This document shows positions 33,525 through 43,001 of a stretch of DNA of 60,376 nt, piece by piece; position 1 is the stretch's first letter, and the number at the start of each line of letters is the position of its first letter. Made by a program: the position numbers and the translations under genes. Origin of the DNA: a virus (taxonomy: Duplodnaviria > Caudoviricetes); IMG/VR virus record IMGVR_UViG_3300047548_000760, positions 1-60,376 of that record. One strand, 5' to 3'. The notes below the pieces were generated by a model. It was not told where the DNA came from, searched no databases, and worked only from the letters and a program-made list of their open reading frames with translations.

Positions 33525-33803
33525 TCAGGGGCACGCGGTGGGCGCCTTCTCGCGCTCAGCCTCGTGGTAGCTGCGCATGCGCGCTTCGTGCTCTTCGCGC
33601 TCGCGCTCGTCCTGGCGGTGCCTGTAGAACCAGTTGACCAGGAAGCCCGCGACACCGATCACGATGCCCACCAGCACGGCGAACTCGCTGCTGAGCAGCC
33701 AGCCGCCCACCGTCATCCCGGCGCCCGTGTAGGTCGCCTTTGAACTTGCAGCCGCGATGGTTCCGTCCATCGTCTGATTGGCGAGGTCTGCCTTGTGCAA
33801 CAT
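33525..33803 (-). CDS. Holin
   Basis: Two hydrophobic segments then NWFYRHRQDERE charged tail. Confidence 0.75.
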   Translation of the reverse strand: MLHKADLANQTMDGTIAAASSKATYTGAGMTVGGWLLSSEFAVLVGIVIGVAGFLVNWFYRHRQDEREREEHEARMRSYHEAEREKAPTACP

Positions 33804-33849
33804 CGTGAATCCCTCTTGGAAGCTGTACTACAGACCGGTCCTTGGTCGG

Positions 33850-34566
33850 TCAGTTGCCGGCGCCGCCCGCTGCGGCCATCGAGGCGGCAGGGTGGTTGGG
33901 GTTGCCAGGGCTTGTCGGCGCGACGCCGACGGTGGCCTTGATCTCAAGGCCCAGAGCGTTGGCGAAGGCCGCGTAGTGGGCCGTCGCGCGGTTGGCGTTG
34001 CCGGCGTACTGGCTGTCCTTCATGTAGGACCGGTACATGATGTAGTCCTGCAGCACGTTGCCGTAGATGTCGGGCACGCTGATGTTGCCCGTCACGGCCG
34101 TGTAGTCGGTGCCCGCGGCCGGTTCAGTGACGTCGTTGGGCAGAGCCGAGTAGACGATGTCCACGGACGCGCCCGAGGCTGCTGCGGGCGGGTAGACGTA
34201 GAACGTCTTGGGATCGCGCGGATCGAACATGAAGTGCACGATCTCGGTGACGCCGGCAAGGTTGTGCCAACCCTGCACCTGGGCGTCCAGGATCTCGCGC
34301 ACGGACAGTCGCACGGCGCGCTTGTTGCCGCCTGAGTTGCGAACGACCTCGATCAGCTTCGTGCCGTTGGCCGGCAGCGTCTGTCGACTGCCTGCGATCA
34401 GCGTGTGCGCTGCGTTGGTCACCATCGCATCGGGGCGGTGGACGATGATCTCGCGCTGCCCGTCGTTGAGGTAGCGCACCAGCTCGGCCACGGGCCAGCG
34501 GATTGAGGTGGTGTCCTGCAGCGTCTCGACGCAGCGACGAACGATGGACTGGGCTGTGATGGGCAT
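33850..34566 (-). CDS. Head-tail adaptor protein
   Basis: LQD...IRWPVAELVRYLNDGQREI..RPDA...FYVYPP pattern. Confidence 0.75.
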   Translation of the reverse strand: MPITAQSIVRRCVETLQDTTSIRWPVAELVRYLNDGQREIIVHRPDAMVTNAAHTLIAGSRQTLPANGTKLIEVVRNSGGNKRAVRLSVREILDAQVQGWHNLAGVTEIVHFMFDPRDPKTFYVYPPAAASGASVDIVYSALPNDVTEPAAGTDYTAVTGNISVPDIYGNVLQDYIMYRSYMKDSQYAGNANRATAHYAAFANALGLEIKATVGVAPTSPGNPNHPAASMAAAGGAGN

Positions 34567-34589
34567 GGTTGGGTGCTCCTAGTTGATGC

Positions 34590-35204
34590 TCAACACCACT
34601 TCGGCCGGGCGCGCGGCACGGACGGGGCGTTTCCTCGGTAGGCCTGGAAAGTGAACTTGCTCAGGTGCTGCTGGTATTCCTGGAGCGCGAGTTGTGCGCC
34701 CTGGGGGTTGTTCAGCGGCCCAGGGGTGCGCATCAGTCGGTAGCGGGCGCCGGCGACGATCGCGTCGGCGTACTGCTCCATCAGCGCATCTGGCAGCGTG
34801 TTGGCCGTTCGGCTCGGAGTGAGCGCGGCCTGAATCTCGATCTGAGCGCCAGCGGTGAACGCGCGCGTCAGAGTGATCGACACCCGGTCGGCCGTGACGA
34901 TGCCGGGGCGCTCGTTCTCATAGGTGGCCGGGTTCTTTTCCTGCGCCTTGAAGGACAGGATCTCGACCGGCGCGCCGCTCGATGTGGCGCGCTCGATGCC
35001 CACGACGGTGCTGTCGGTCGGCAGGACCAGGGCGTACTCGCGCAGCGTGCCGTCTGACACGATGGGGTCCAGCCACTCCACCCAGGCCCGGCTGTCCTGG
35101 AAGAACTCGGTTGCGGCGCGACGAAGTTCTTGCGTCAGGAACGGGTCAGGGCAGCCCGGCACATAGACCAGGATGTCCGGGTGGAGGTCAGCCCAGGTGG
35201 CCAC
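34590..35204 (-). CDS. Virion adaptor/tail protein
   Basis: VPGCPDP...AATEFF...IVAGARYRLM pattern; position. Confidence 0.7.
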   Translation of the reverse strand: MATWADLHPDILVYVPGCPDPFLTQELRRAATEFFQDSRAWVEWLDPIVSDGTLREYALVLPTDSTVVGIERATSSGAPVEILSFKAQEKNPATYENERPGIVTADRVSITLTRAFTAGAQIEIQAALTPSRTANTLPDALMEQYADAIVAGARYRLMRTPGPLNNPQGAQLALQEYQQHLSKFTFQAYRGNAPSVPRARPKWC

Positions 35205-35219
35205 GGATGACTCGCTTGA

Positions 35220-35522
35220 TCAGGAGGCGCGAGCCTTGCTGCGGCGGGGCGCGGGCGCGCTCAAACTGGCGGGTACAGCCTCGGGCTCGGCCTGGGGCTC
35301 TTCCTCGGGCAGCTTGATGACCGAGAGCGCCTCGTCAAAGTCCGCCTCGTCTGCGGGGTAGAAGTTGCCGGTCTGCAGCAGGGCGGCGATGGCCTCTTCT
35401 CCGATCACATCGCACTCCAGGTCACCGGATGCGTTTGGCTTGAAGACGAAGGGTTCGCTGTCCTTGAGTGTCACGCTCACCGTGCCGTCCTTGCGGGGCT
35501 GGATCGAGGTGGTCAGCTTCAT
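35220..35522 (-). CDS. Hypothetical protein downstream of the capsid genes
   Basis: GGAG RBS before ATG at 35522. Confidence 0.7.
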   Translation of the reverse strand: MKLTTSIQPRKDGTVSVTLKDSEPFVFKPNASGDLECDVIGEEAIAALLQTGNFYPADEADFDEALSVIKLPEEEPQAEPEAVPASLSAPAPRRSKARAS

Positions 35523-35532
35523 GTGGTTCTCC

Positions 35533-35564
35533 AAAAAGAAAGGGGGAAGTCGCCTCCCCCCTTC
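35533..35564 (-). terminator. Rho-independent terminator after the capsid and decoration genes
   Basis: GGGGGAGG-CGA-CTTCCCCC followed by TTTCTTTTT. Confidence 0.7.
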
Positions 35565-35615
35565 AAGAGCAGCCCGCCCCCGGCTGGCCGCTCACCCTGC
35601 GGGAGTTGGCCGCGA

Positions 35616-36065
35616 TCAGACCGCGCGGTACAGCAGCGTCAGGCCAACCTCGCCAGCAGCCTTGGTGGCAGCGGCGGCGGTGAACTTGATGCCGATGAGC
35701 GTGTCGGTGTCCGACGCCTCGAGGCGCATCGCCGCGGTCGACAGGGCGACGTTGGCCGCCGTGCCGCCTTGGCTTGCGGTGATGCCGCTGGCCCAGGTCG
35801 AGGACAGGTCCGTGGCGCCGGCGTTGACCGGGCCCACGCTGGCCGCGATGGTCGCGCTGGCGTTGGTGTCCAGGTCATCGGAGTCGTAGACCAGACCCAC
35901 CGGCACGCAGCCGGCCGGCAGGACGGCCACGGCGCCGCAGTCGTTGGCGTCCAGGTCGGCTGCCACCAGCGCGATCGGGTAGCGCACGGCGACCACTTCG
36001 CCGCCAGCCGGGAAGACGGCAGGCTTGCGGCCGTCGAGGTAGTCGTTGGAATTGGTGAAGGGCAT
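35616..36065 (-). CDS. Virion structural protein (head decoration-like)
   Basis: Directly after the major capsid gene; AGGAG RBS; LPAGCVPV..DSDDLDT. Confidence 0.7.
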   Translation of the reverse strand: MPFTNSNDYLDGRKPAVFPAGGEVVAVRYPIALVAADLDANDCGAVAVLPAGCVPVGLVYDSDDLDTNASATIAASVGPVNAGATDLSSTWASGITASQGGTAANVALSTAAMRLEASDTDTLIGIKFTAAAATKAAGEVGLTLLYRAV

Positions 36066-36094
36066 GTTGCTCTCCTAGTGCGTGTTGACCTGGA

Positions 36095-37213
36095 TCAGCG
36101 CGCGGCTGCGGCGGTATCGAGGCTGAACACCCCGAAGTCCTGCGCGCCGGAGCCGTCGTGCGTGAACGTGACCTTCTTCATGCCGAAGATCGAGGAGGTC
36201 GTGATGACCACCTTGTCCCCGTTGTCACGGGTCTCTTCGTGCCAGTCGAAGCGCATGTTGGTGCCCGGCGAACCGAAGGCGACCACGGCGGCCTGCGAGC
36301 CCAGGAACAGGGCGCGCGCGGCTTCGACGTTGGCGCCGGCGCCAGCGTTGTTGAAGCGGATCACGTTGCGGTGCGAGTGCAGGATCACGCCGCGGTACAT
36401 ACCCAGGCTGCCCTTGAACAGCGGGTTGTTGCGACCCTCGGCTGCGGCTGCGGCCTTCTGGATGTCCAGCCACTGGCCCGTGCTCGTGTCGGAGCGCAGG
36501 TCGTCCTCTTGGAACGAGTGCATGCAGACCACGAAGGTCTCATTGCCGTCGATCTTGCAAGGCTGCAGCACCGGGATGTTCGTCGCGCCGCCACCCTGGC
36601 TGTCCGCCTTGGTCTTGGCGCGGTCGATCAGGCGCAGGCTGAACTTGTCGTTGGCGTCCAGGTTGTTGAAGGCCGTGGCGTCGCCACCGAACAAGCGGTG
36701 GTTGCTGTCCGGGGTGACCAGACCGTTGTTCGCGCGACCGGTGTAGTTCAGCGGCAGCAGGAAGTTCGGGTTCACGCCACGGGCGCCCGACAGGTAGATG
36801 AACAGCAGTTCATCCATCAAACGAGCCCACCAGCCGGACTGCTGGCGCTTGGCCTTCTCGCGCAGGTCGTGCAGGGTGCGCTTGCGCGTCATCTTGCCGC
36901 CCGTGTTCACACCGCACCGTGCTTGGTCGATGTAAATCTGGTCGGTGTAGAACTTCTGCGCCTCTTCCTTGCCTTCGAGGATGTCCTCGCCCTCAACGGG
37001 GGCCATCTTCAACTCGGCCAGCAGGTCGTAGCTGATCTGCTCGCCGGCGTCGCTCTCCAAGTCCGTCAGGATCTGGATAGGCACCTCGGCCTCGGCGCCA
37101 CGCGCCATGAAGCGCTGGCTGAAATAGGACTTCTGGGACTGGTCATAGGCCAGGAGGCCAGACCACTTCTTGATCGCCTTGGGATCGTTGACCCCTACGA
37201 TGGTGCGAGCCAT
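36095..37213 (-). CDS. Major capsid protein (N4-gp56/DUF4043-like)
   Basis: DPKAIKKWS, LEGKEE, IDQAR, NPLFKGSLG, DFGV motifs; strong RBS. Confidence 0.9.
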   Translation of the reverse strand: MARTIVGVNDPKAIKKWSGLLAYDQSQKSYFSQRFMARGAEAEVPIQILTDLESDAGEQISYDLLAELKMAPVEGEDILEGKEEAQKFYTDQIYIDQARCGVNTGGKMTRKRTLHDLREKAKRQQSGWWARLMDELLFIYLSGARGVNPNFLLPLNYTGRANNGLVTPDSNHRLFGGDATAFNNLDANDKFSLRLIDRAKTKADSQGGGATNIPVLQPCKIDGNETFVVCMHSFQEDDLRSDTSTGQWLDIQKAAAAAEGRNNPLFKGSLGMYRGVILHSHRNVIRFNNAGAGANVEAARALFLGSQAAVVAFGSPGTNMRFDWHEETRDNGDKVVITTSSIFGMKKVTFTHDGSGAQDFGVFSLDTAAAAR

Positions 37214-37242
37214 GGAAATACTCCTTTGGGTGGAACCTCAAA

Positions 37243-37259
37243 GAGCACGTCCTGCGCTC
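37243..37259 (-). promoter_or_regulatory. CsrA-type GGA hairpin in the capsid mRNA leader
   Basis: GAGCGC-AGGAC-GTGCTC stem-loop; second GGA in the SD at 37221-37225. Confidence 0.5.
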
Positions 37260-37284
37260 GCTTGCTGCTATCAGCGTGTAGGCG

Positions 37285-37497
37285 CTACGTTGCCACGCTT
37301 GGCACGGCTTCGAGAGCCTCGTCGATGTGTGATTTGTCGATCTGAACGGAGGGCAGCGCAGTGACGCGCAGCCGAACCAGTTGGCCGGACTTTTGCTTTT
37401 CGGCAAGTTCGACTACGGCTACTGCTTCGGGGACTCCGTAGCCCAGGGAGAACACCACGCGCTCCCCGGGTCGAACGTCCATGATCAGTGACGGCAT
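37285..37497 (-). CDS. CsrA-like small protein
   Basis: LIMDVRPGERV...GQLVRLRVTALPSVQI matches the CsrA beta pattern; scaffold-csrA-capsid order as in Bcep22-like phages. Confidence 0.6.
   Translation of the reverse strand: MPSLIMDVRPGERVVFSLGYGVPEAVAVVELAEKQKSGQLVRLRVTALPSVQIDKSHIDEALEAVPSVAT
37287..37305 (-). promoter_or_regulatory. Late-motif copy (GTGCCAAGCGTGGCAACGT) before the capsid gene
   Basis: One mismatch to the core. Confidence 0.65.
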
Positions 37498-37518
37498 GCG
37501 CGCACTCCGCTCCTTGAG

Positions 37519-38469
37519 TTATGCCGCGCGCAGGAAGCGCTCACGCTGTGCGGCCGACATGCGTGCGATCGCGGTCTCGTACTCCATGCCATCGAGCGAC
37601 AGCACGTCCGAGAACTCGCCATCGACATCGCCCGGGCCGTCTCCCCCGGGCACGTTGGCCAGGGTCGGCGGCACGGCGTCCACCGGAGGGGTGCGGCGGG
37701 TGGCCGCGGGCTTGGCGTTGGCTGCAGCAGCCGGTGCCGGTGCGGCAGTCGGGGCTGGCGCGGTCATGCCGTGCAGCGCCTGCACGCGACGGTGCGCCTC
37801 CTGCAGGAACCACTCCATCGGCTTGTCAGCGTTGGTGGCCTTGGCGGCCAGCGTCTTGACGAACTGGTCCAGGTCCTCGAGCTTTTCGCTGTCCTTGCGG
37901 TAGTCGATCGTGCCGTCTTTGGCGGCCTTGTCCATGAAGGACTCGACCGTGTTCTGCCACGCCTGCTGGGCGCTCTGCGCGGTCATCTCCTGGCTGATCT
38001 CGGCCTTGGTGCGGGCGATGGTCAGGGACTCGCGCTCGGTGAGCAGTTCTGCGCGCTGGGTCTCGAAGTCGTCGAACTCCATCTCGCCAGAGCGGAACTT
38101 GCGCTTGAGCTCCGCCTCGCGCTCGGCCAACTCCTGCACCTTGGTGTCGTAGTCCGCAGGCAGGGGCGCCTCGTAGCGCGTCGTGGACTGACGGGCAGGC
38201 GCAGGGGCGGTGGCGTCGGCAGCATCGGCCTGGGCGGACGGTGCATCGGCGGCTTGGGGGGCTTCAGCGGCTTCAGCGGCGGCGCCTTTTCCCTCGACGG
38301 GGGCGGCGTTGCTCGACGAGTCTTCATCCTCGTCGTCATCGTCGTCTTCGTCCTCGCCAGCGATGCGCTGCATCGCGGCCAGTTCCTCGGGGGTCATGTC
38401 GTTGGACTCGATGGCCTCGCGCTCCTCGGGAGTCAGCGTAGCCAGTGCGTCAGCGTCGAGCGTGCTCAT
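37519..38469 (-). CDS. Capsid scaffolding protein
   Basis: Acidic N-terminus, coiled coil, PPTLANVPG...MSAAQRERFL C-terminus. Confidence 0.75.
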   Translation of the reverse strand: MSTLDADALATLTPEEREAIESNDMTPEELAAMQRIAGEDEDDDDDEDEDSSSNAAPVEGKGAAAEAAEAPQAADAPSAQADAADATAPAPARQSTTRYEAPLPADYDTKVQELAEREAELKRKFRSGEMEFDDFETQRAELLTERESLTIARTKAEISQEMTAQSAQQAWQNTVESFMDKAAKDGTIDYRKDSEKLEDLDQFVKTLAAKATNADKPMEWFLQEAHRRVQALHGMTAPAPTAAPAPAAAANAKPAATRRTPPVDAVPPTLANVPGGDGPGDVDGEFSDVLSLDGMEYETAIARMSAAQRERFLRAA

Positions 38470-38519
38470 GCGCGCGTCCTTTCAGGTTGGTTGTGGATGG
38501 AGAGCCCAAGGTCGTCGCG

Positions 38520-38708
38520 TCAGTCCGCGTCTTCGGCCGCGACCTTGGCTGCGGCCATCATCTTTTCCTTGGCCATGGCTTGCGCTGCGGCGAGGCGCTT
38601 GGGGTCGGCCTTGATCTTCTCGGCCTCCATGAGCGTGCTGAGGTCACTCTCGACCCGCCAGCGGTTGTCCTCGCTGATTGCAACGGTTGCCTTCTTGATC
38701 TTGGCCAT
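38520..38708 (-). CDS. Small head-region protein
   Basis: AAGGAG RBS; WRVESDLSTLMEAEKIKADPKRL. Confidence 0.75.
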   Translation of the reverse strand: MAKIKKATVAISEDNRWRVESDLSTLMEAEKIKADPKRLAAAQAMAKEKMMAAAKVAAEDAD

Positions 38709-38741
38709 GGGGTACTCCTTGTGTCGGTTGATTGAGCGTGC

Positions 38742-40484
38742 TCAGCGAGGCACCGCGCCGATGTTTGCGAACTCGTCGGCGATCTCCTGCGGGCTGCGGG
38801 GTTGCGCGGCTGGCGCTGGCACCACGGGGGCCGCTGGGCGCGGCGCCACGGACACGGCAGCGGCAGGGCGAGGTGCTGGCACGGGCGAGGGCGCGGGCGC
38901 CGGCAGCCACTGAACTCCCTCGACCGGGCGCCCACCGGGCCCGTTCTTGATGTTGAACTTGGACCCAGGCGGGATCTTTCCCGCTGCGCCCGCGGCTTCG
39001 GCTTCGGCGGCGGTGTTGAACGTCAGCGGGGCGCCGGGCTGTGCGGGGGCTGCCGGTGCAGGGGCGCCGGGTGCGGGCGCCTGGGCGGCACCCACGACCG
39101 CGTCGTAGTCCTTGAGCGCCTGATCAGCGACCTTCTTGGCCTGCTCTGCGCTTCCCATCGAGGCGGTCAGCGCCTTGCCGTAAATGTCCTGGTAGAAGTC
39201 GTTGCGCGACTTCTGCACGCCCTGCATGGCCATGCGCAGGCCGGTGGCCATGTCTGGCGCCACCTTGGCGTTGATGAGGGCCTGGGCCAGCTTCACCTGG
39301 GCCGGCGAGTTGGCGTCGATTGTGGGCACCGCACTGATGACCCCGCGCCGGACCGCTTCGACATCTGCCGGGGTGGCGTTCGGGTTGTTCTGCTTGTAGA
39401 GGGCGGCGGCCGCGTTGGCCTTGGCCTCGGCATCCTTGCGCGTCTGCGCGTCTGCGCCAGCCAGCCGGCGCGCGGCGTCATCGGCGCGCTTGTTGTCGGC
39501 CCTGATGTTGTCAATGTTGGCGCCCGTTTGTGCGACCGTGTTCGTGTTGGTCGCCACCTGAGAGGTCGTCAGGTTCTCGTCCCTGATGGCCTGGGCGAGG
39601 TCCTTGTTGACCTCCTCCATCATCTTTAAGGCGCGCGTCGGGTTCACGTCCAGCAGGCCGACGGCGGCGTACAGCTTGGCCTGCTCGCCACGGCTGAGCG
39701 TCTCGAAGCGGGCGTTCCCATCGGGAGTCACCACGGACAGCCCCACCAGACCGTTCTTGTCGGGCGTGGACATCGTGATTCGTCGAGAGGTCTGGTTGAC
39801 GAAGACCGTCGTTGCGCCGATCTGGTCTTCGGTGGCCTTGTACTCCTTGGTGCGCTGGGCAATCAGCGCGTCCTCGGCCGTCGTGCGTCGCTCGGTCTCC
39901 AGCGATCGAAGCCGCTCGATGTCACCCGTGGCTGCAGCGATGGCGGCCATCTGACCGCTGACGCGCTGGCGGTACTCCGGCGACAGCGGGTCAACGGCGC
40001 CGCGCACCGTCAGGGCCTGCTCGTTGGCGGCGTTGGAGCCGTCTCGCACGGTCGGGACGGCAGGCACAGCGGGCATGACGCCGGCAGCGGGCCCAGCAGG
40101 CGCAGCGGCGGCAGCAGCCGCGTCGGCAGGCACGCCAGACAGCGCCGGTGCGGCGGCCGGGCGCACGCCCTGGCGCGCCGCGTTCTTGGCCATCACGGCG
40201 TTGTCAGGCGCCTGCAGCGCTGCATTGAAGTCGGCATCGAGCGCCGCGTTGGTGGCCGGCCTGTCAATGCCCTGGATCGTGTCGCTCAGGCCGCGCGTGA
40301 GCTGCGCGACCTCAGCCTTGCGGCGGGCCTCTTCGGTGGCCGATCCGATCTGCAGACGGGTCAGGTCCTTGCGCAGCTCGCGCTCCTCGTCTTCCTTCTT
40401 CTGGCGCTCGGCGCGCTCCTTGCGGTCAAGGGCATCGGTTGCGATGCGGCTACCCAGCTGGAACCCGGTTTGAAACGCTGCCAT
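38742..40484 (-). CDS. Internal virion (ejection) protein
   Basis: Ala-rich helical; MAAFQTGFQLG N-terminus; follows another ejection-like gene. Confidence 0.65.
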   Translation of the reverse strand: MAAFQTGFQLGSRIATDALDRKERAERQKKEDEERELRKDLTRLQIGSATEEARRKAEVAQLTRGLSDTIQGIDRPATNAALDADFNAALQAPDNAVMAKNAARQGVRPAAAPALSGVPADAAAAAAAPAGPAAGVMPAVPAVPTVRDGSNAANEQALTVRGAVDPLSPEYRQRVSGQMAAIAAATGDIERLRSLETERRTTAEDALIAQRTKEYKATEDQIGATTVFVNQTSRRITMSTPDKNGLVGLSVVTPDGNARFETLSRGEQAKLYAAVGLLDVNPTRALKMMEEVNKDLAQAIRDENLTTSQVATNTNTVAQTGANIDNIRADNKRADDAARRLAGADAQTRKDAEAKANAAAALYKQNNPNATPADVEAVRRGVISAVPTIDANSPAQVKLAQALINAKVAPDMATGLRMAMQGVQKSRNDFYQDIYGKALTASMGSAEQAKKVADQALKDYDAVVGAAQAPAPGAPAPAAPAQPGAPLTFNTAAEAEAAGAAGKIPPGSKFNIKNGPGGRPVEGVQWLPAPAPSPVPAPRPAAAVSVAPRPAAPVVPAPAAQPRSPQEIADEFANIGAVPR

Positions 40485-40487
40485 TGC

Positions 40488-41501
40488 TCAGACCTCCACC
40501 ATTTCGAGACCCAGGCGCCCGTAGTCCACGGACGCGAAGCCAAGGTCGTCATAGGCCACAGCCTTCGGATCAAAGCGCTCGACCTCGTCGGCCATCACGC
40601 CGCGATAGCGCTTGCCGTCCGTTGCGCCGATGTAGGCGAACTCGTAGAGGTTCAGGCCGGTGCGTTCATCTTGGCCTACGCGCACAACCGCCGTTTTCAG
40701 GCGGGGGTCGGACATGAACTTGGTCGTCGCTGCGCCAGCGGCTGCGCCCAAGATGGTGTTGAAGGGATCGCTCGAAGCCGCGATCTGGTCCTGGCTGTTC
40801 TTGAAGCTCGCCTGGGCGTTGAACATCCCGGTGGCATTGGCGCCCATCTGACCGGCGACGGTGGCCGCCGAGCCGAATCCGCTGTTCATCCCGGAGGCGC
40901 CGGCGTTGACCACATTCACCCCGCCCGCAGCCATGCTGGCACCCTGTCCGGTGGCCTGCATGCTCATCGCCGGGTAGCCTGCCAGGGCGTTCGTGGCGCG
41001 GTCCGTCAGGGCGTAGCCCTCTTGCCGGGCAGCGCGGCGCGCCGTGTTCATGCTGCCGGCCTTGAGTGCCGCCTCGCCAAGCACCAGAGCCGTGTCATCG
41101 GAGCGGCCGGTGCCGGGCATGACGCCGCGGCGCGCGAGGTCACGGGCCGAGGATGCGCGAGCGTTGGCAATCGCAATGGACGCATCGGCGCCAGCCTGAC
41201 GCGCAAGGGTGTCGGCGCGTTGGTCTACGTCGAACTTGTTGGCGTCCTCGACCATCCGGTCCTGCACGCCAGACAGCATCGCCCTGCGGGTGAGCATCCA
41301 GTTGCGGTCCTCGCGCGAGTCCTGCACGCCTTGGCGCGCGTTGTCGAGTGCGAACTGGGTGGTCTCGCGCTGCAGCGGCAGCATGGATTCGGAGTTGGCC
41401 AGGATGCGAGAAATCGCGTTGTCCTGGATTCCCATCGAACGGATCTGCGCCTCGACCAGTCTCGGATCGGGTGCTGGCGCGCTTGAACTTTTGCTGCCCA
41501 T
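40488..41501 (-). CDS. Internal virion protein with C-terminal peptidase S74-like domain
   Basis: MGSKSSSAPAPDP N-terminus; SDPRLK...YEFAY...GVMADEV...VDY. Confidence 0.75.
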   Translation of the reverse strand: MGSKSSSAPAPDPRLVEAQIRSMGIQDNAISRILANSESMLPLQRETTQFALDNARQGVQDSREDRNWMLTRRAMLSGVQDRMVEDANKFDVDQRADTLARQAGADASIAIANARASSARDLARRGVMPGTGRSDDTALVLGEAALKAGSMNTARRAARQEGYALTDRATNALAGYPAMSMQATGQGASMAAGGVNVVNAGASGMNSGFGSAATVAGQMGANATGMFNAQASFKNSQDQIAASSDPFNTILGAAAGAATTKFMSDPRLKTAVVRVGQDERTGLNLYEFAYIGATDGKRYRGVMADEVERFDPKAVAYDDLGFASVDYGRLGLEMVEV

Positions 41502-41502
41502 A

Positions 41503-41934
41503 TCAGGCCTCCAGGAAACGGCACTCGTCGCGCCACATGACGTACAAGATCACATCGCCACCGTCGGCTGCCGCGCCTCGCAGGCGGGCCTCTTCACGAA
41601 ACCCCAGGTGCTCATCGAAGCGGCGAGCAGCCGTGTTGCAGGCGTCCACGTAGCCGCTGATGCGCTTCAATCCGCAGATCACAAACGGGTACGCGAAGCA
41701 GGCTTTCAAGTAGGCGCGCGTCAACCAGCGTGCGCCGGGCTCTGCAGCGACGTGCATCCAGGCGTTGTGCGGGTTGATGCCCTCGTAGAGGACGCCGGCG
41801 ATCAGGCGGCTCTCGCTCGGACTGCGGCGCTCCAGGCCGATGGCCACCATGTCCTCGGACGTGCGCATGCCCGGCAGCAGCGCGCGCATGAACGCCGCGA
41901 CCCTGGGCACGTCGTAGACGAAGGCATGGGACAT
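41503..41934 (-). CDS. GNAT-fold protein (P22 gp14/T7 gp13-like position)
   Basis: FAYPF...RISGYV..CNTAARRFDEHLGFREEARL. Confidence 0.8.
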   Translation of the reverse strand: MSHAFVYDVPRVAAFMRALLPGMRTSEDMVAIGLERRSPSESRLIAGVLYEGINPHNAWMHVAAEPGARWLTRAYLKACFAYPFVICGLKRISGYVDACNTAARRFDEHLGFREEARLRGAAADGGDVILYVMWRDECRFLEA

Positions 41935-41942
41935 GGCCGGCA

Positions 41943-41961
41943 AGCCTGCCACGCTTGCCAC
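41943..41961 (-). promoter_or_regulatory. Late-motif copy (GTGGCAAGCGTGGCAGGCT) before the GNAT/ejection genes
   Basis: Exact core; ATG 8 nt downstream. Confidence 0.7.
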
Positions 41962-41964
41962 GGG

Positions 41965-42525
41965 TCACGGCCGGCGCAGCGCCTCGTAGGCTCGTTCGCA
42001 GGCACCACCTGCAGCAGCGCGGGCGTCGGCTACCGCAGCAAGCTCTCGACCAGCCGCCTCCAGCCGTCCGAGCACGTCGGCGAGCACAACGGCGGGGTTG
42101 CCGGCTGGCGGGCTGACGGTGGCAGGGGCGGGATCTGCGGGGGCTGCACAGCGGGTGGCGGTGGCGGCAAGGGCTGCGGCCCGTTCGCGCAGGCCGTTGC
42201 CAGCAACGGCACCAGCAGCCACAGCAGCCGCATGGCGACGGGCGAGTTCTTCTGCATCACGGGCGATCTCCTGGTGCTTGTTGACCCATGCGGCCTCGAT
42301 GTTGCGGGCGCGCTCGGACTCCTTGAGCGCCTGGGCGGTCAGGCTCTCGCGCTCGCGGGCGCGGTCGGCGCGCTCTTCGGCCAAGCTCGCGCGCAACCGC
42401 TGGGCGTCTTGCTCGACCTCGATCTTGCCCAGGTAGGCATAGGCCCCGGCCATGGCCAGCAGGGCGCACGCCACGCCCCACAGCAGGTTCACGCCGGGCA
42501 GAGCGCTCAGGAGTCGCCCAAGCAC
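41965..42525 (-). CDS. Rz: i-spanin (Rz-like)
   Basis: N-terminal TM, coiled coil, C-terminal ACERAYEAL; follows the endolysin. Confidence 0.8.
   Translation of the reverse strand: MLGRLLSALPGVNLLWGVACALLAMAGAYAYLGKIEVEQDAQRLRASLAEERADRARERESLTAQALKESERARNIEAAWVNKHQEIARDAEELARRHAAAVAAGAVAGNGLRERAAALAATATRCAAPADPAPATVSPPAGNPAVVLADVLGRLEAAGRELAAVADARAAAGGACERAYEALRRP
42030..42260 (-). CDS. Rz1: o-spanin (Rz1-like lipoprotein) embedded in Rz
   Basis: Lipobox LATAC, Pro-rich body, alternate frame inside Rz. Confidence 0.8.
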   Translation of the reverse strand: MMQKNSPVAMRLLWLLVPLLATACANGPQPLPPPPPAVQPPQIPPLPPSARQPATPPLCSPTCSDGWRRLVESLLR

Positions 42526-42971
42526 TTGCGGTGCTCCTGTTGGCGCCGGATGGTCAGGCCTCGCAGAGGCTCGCCCTGGAACTTGTCCCAGCGAAGGATC
42601 TGGCTGCACGCTTCGGGGTAGCGGCCTTCATTGAGCAGGCGAACCAGCGTTGAGCTGCAGAAGGCATTCGGGCCGATGTTGTAGGCCAGGGACAGGTATG
42701 CGTCGTACTCGTGCTGATGCAGCGGCACCTTGACGCACGTCTTGAGCGCACCCTCGAAGCGCTGGACATCGTTCAGCGCGCGGGCCAGCGCCTGGGTGGG
42801 CGTGGTCTTGTCGCCCAGCTTGACGCCACCAGTCGTCCCAAAGCCAATCGTGGGAACGTCACCCGGGACCGGGATGATGGCGCTGTCGCTGTAGCCCTCG
42901 TGCAGGGCTAGTCCAACAAAGGCGGCACCCGAGATGGAGAGTGCAGCTACTGCGACTCTAAGGCGGCTCAT
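42507..42971 (-). CDS. GH24 lysozyme, probable SAR endolysin
   Basis: Weakly hydrophobic N-terminus, HEG...DVPTIGFGTT, YNIG, GLTIRRQQE. Confidence 0.9.
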   Translation of the reverse strand: MSRLRVAVAALSISGAAFVGLALHEGYSDSAIIPVPGDVPTIGFGTTGGVKLGDKTTPTQALARALNDVQRFEGALKTCVKVPLHQHEYDAYLSLAYNIGPNAFCSSTLVRLLNEGRYPEACSQILRWDKFQGEPLRGLTIRRQQEHRKCLGDS

Positions 42972-43001
42972 GTGATGGGATCGTGGCTGTAGACCCGCTG
43001 A

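Noticed and set aside
33770-33803. Dual-start holin/antiholin (second ATG at 33770)
   Set aside because: Second start has no clear SD; cannot be supported from sequence alone
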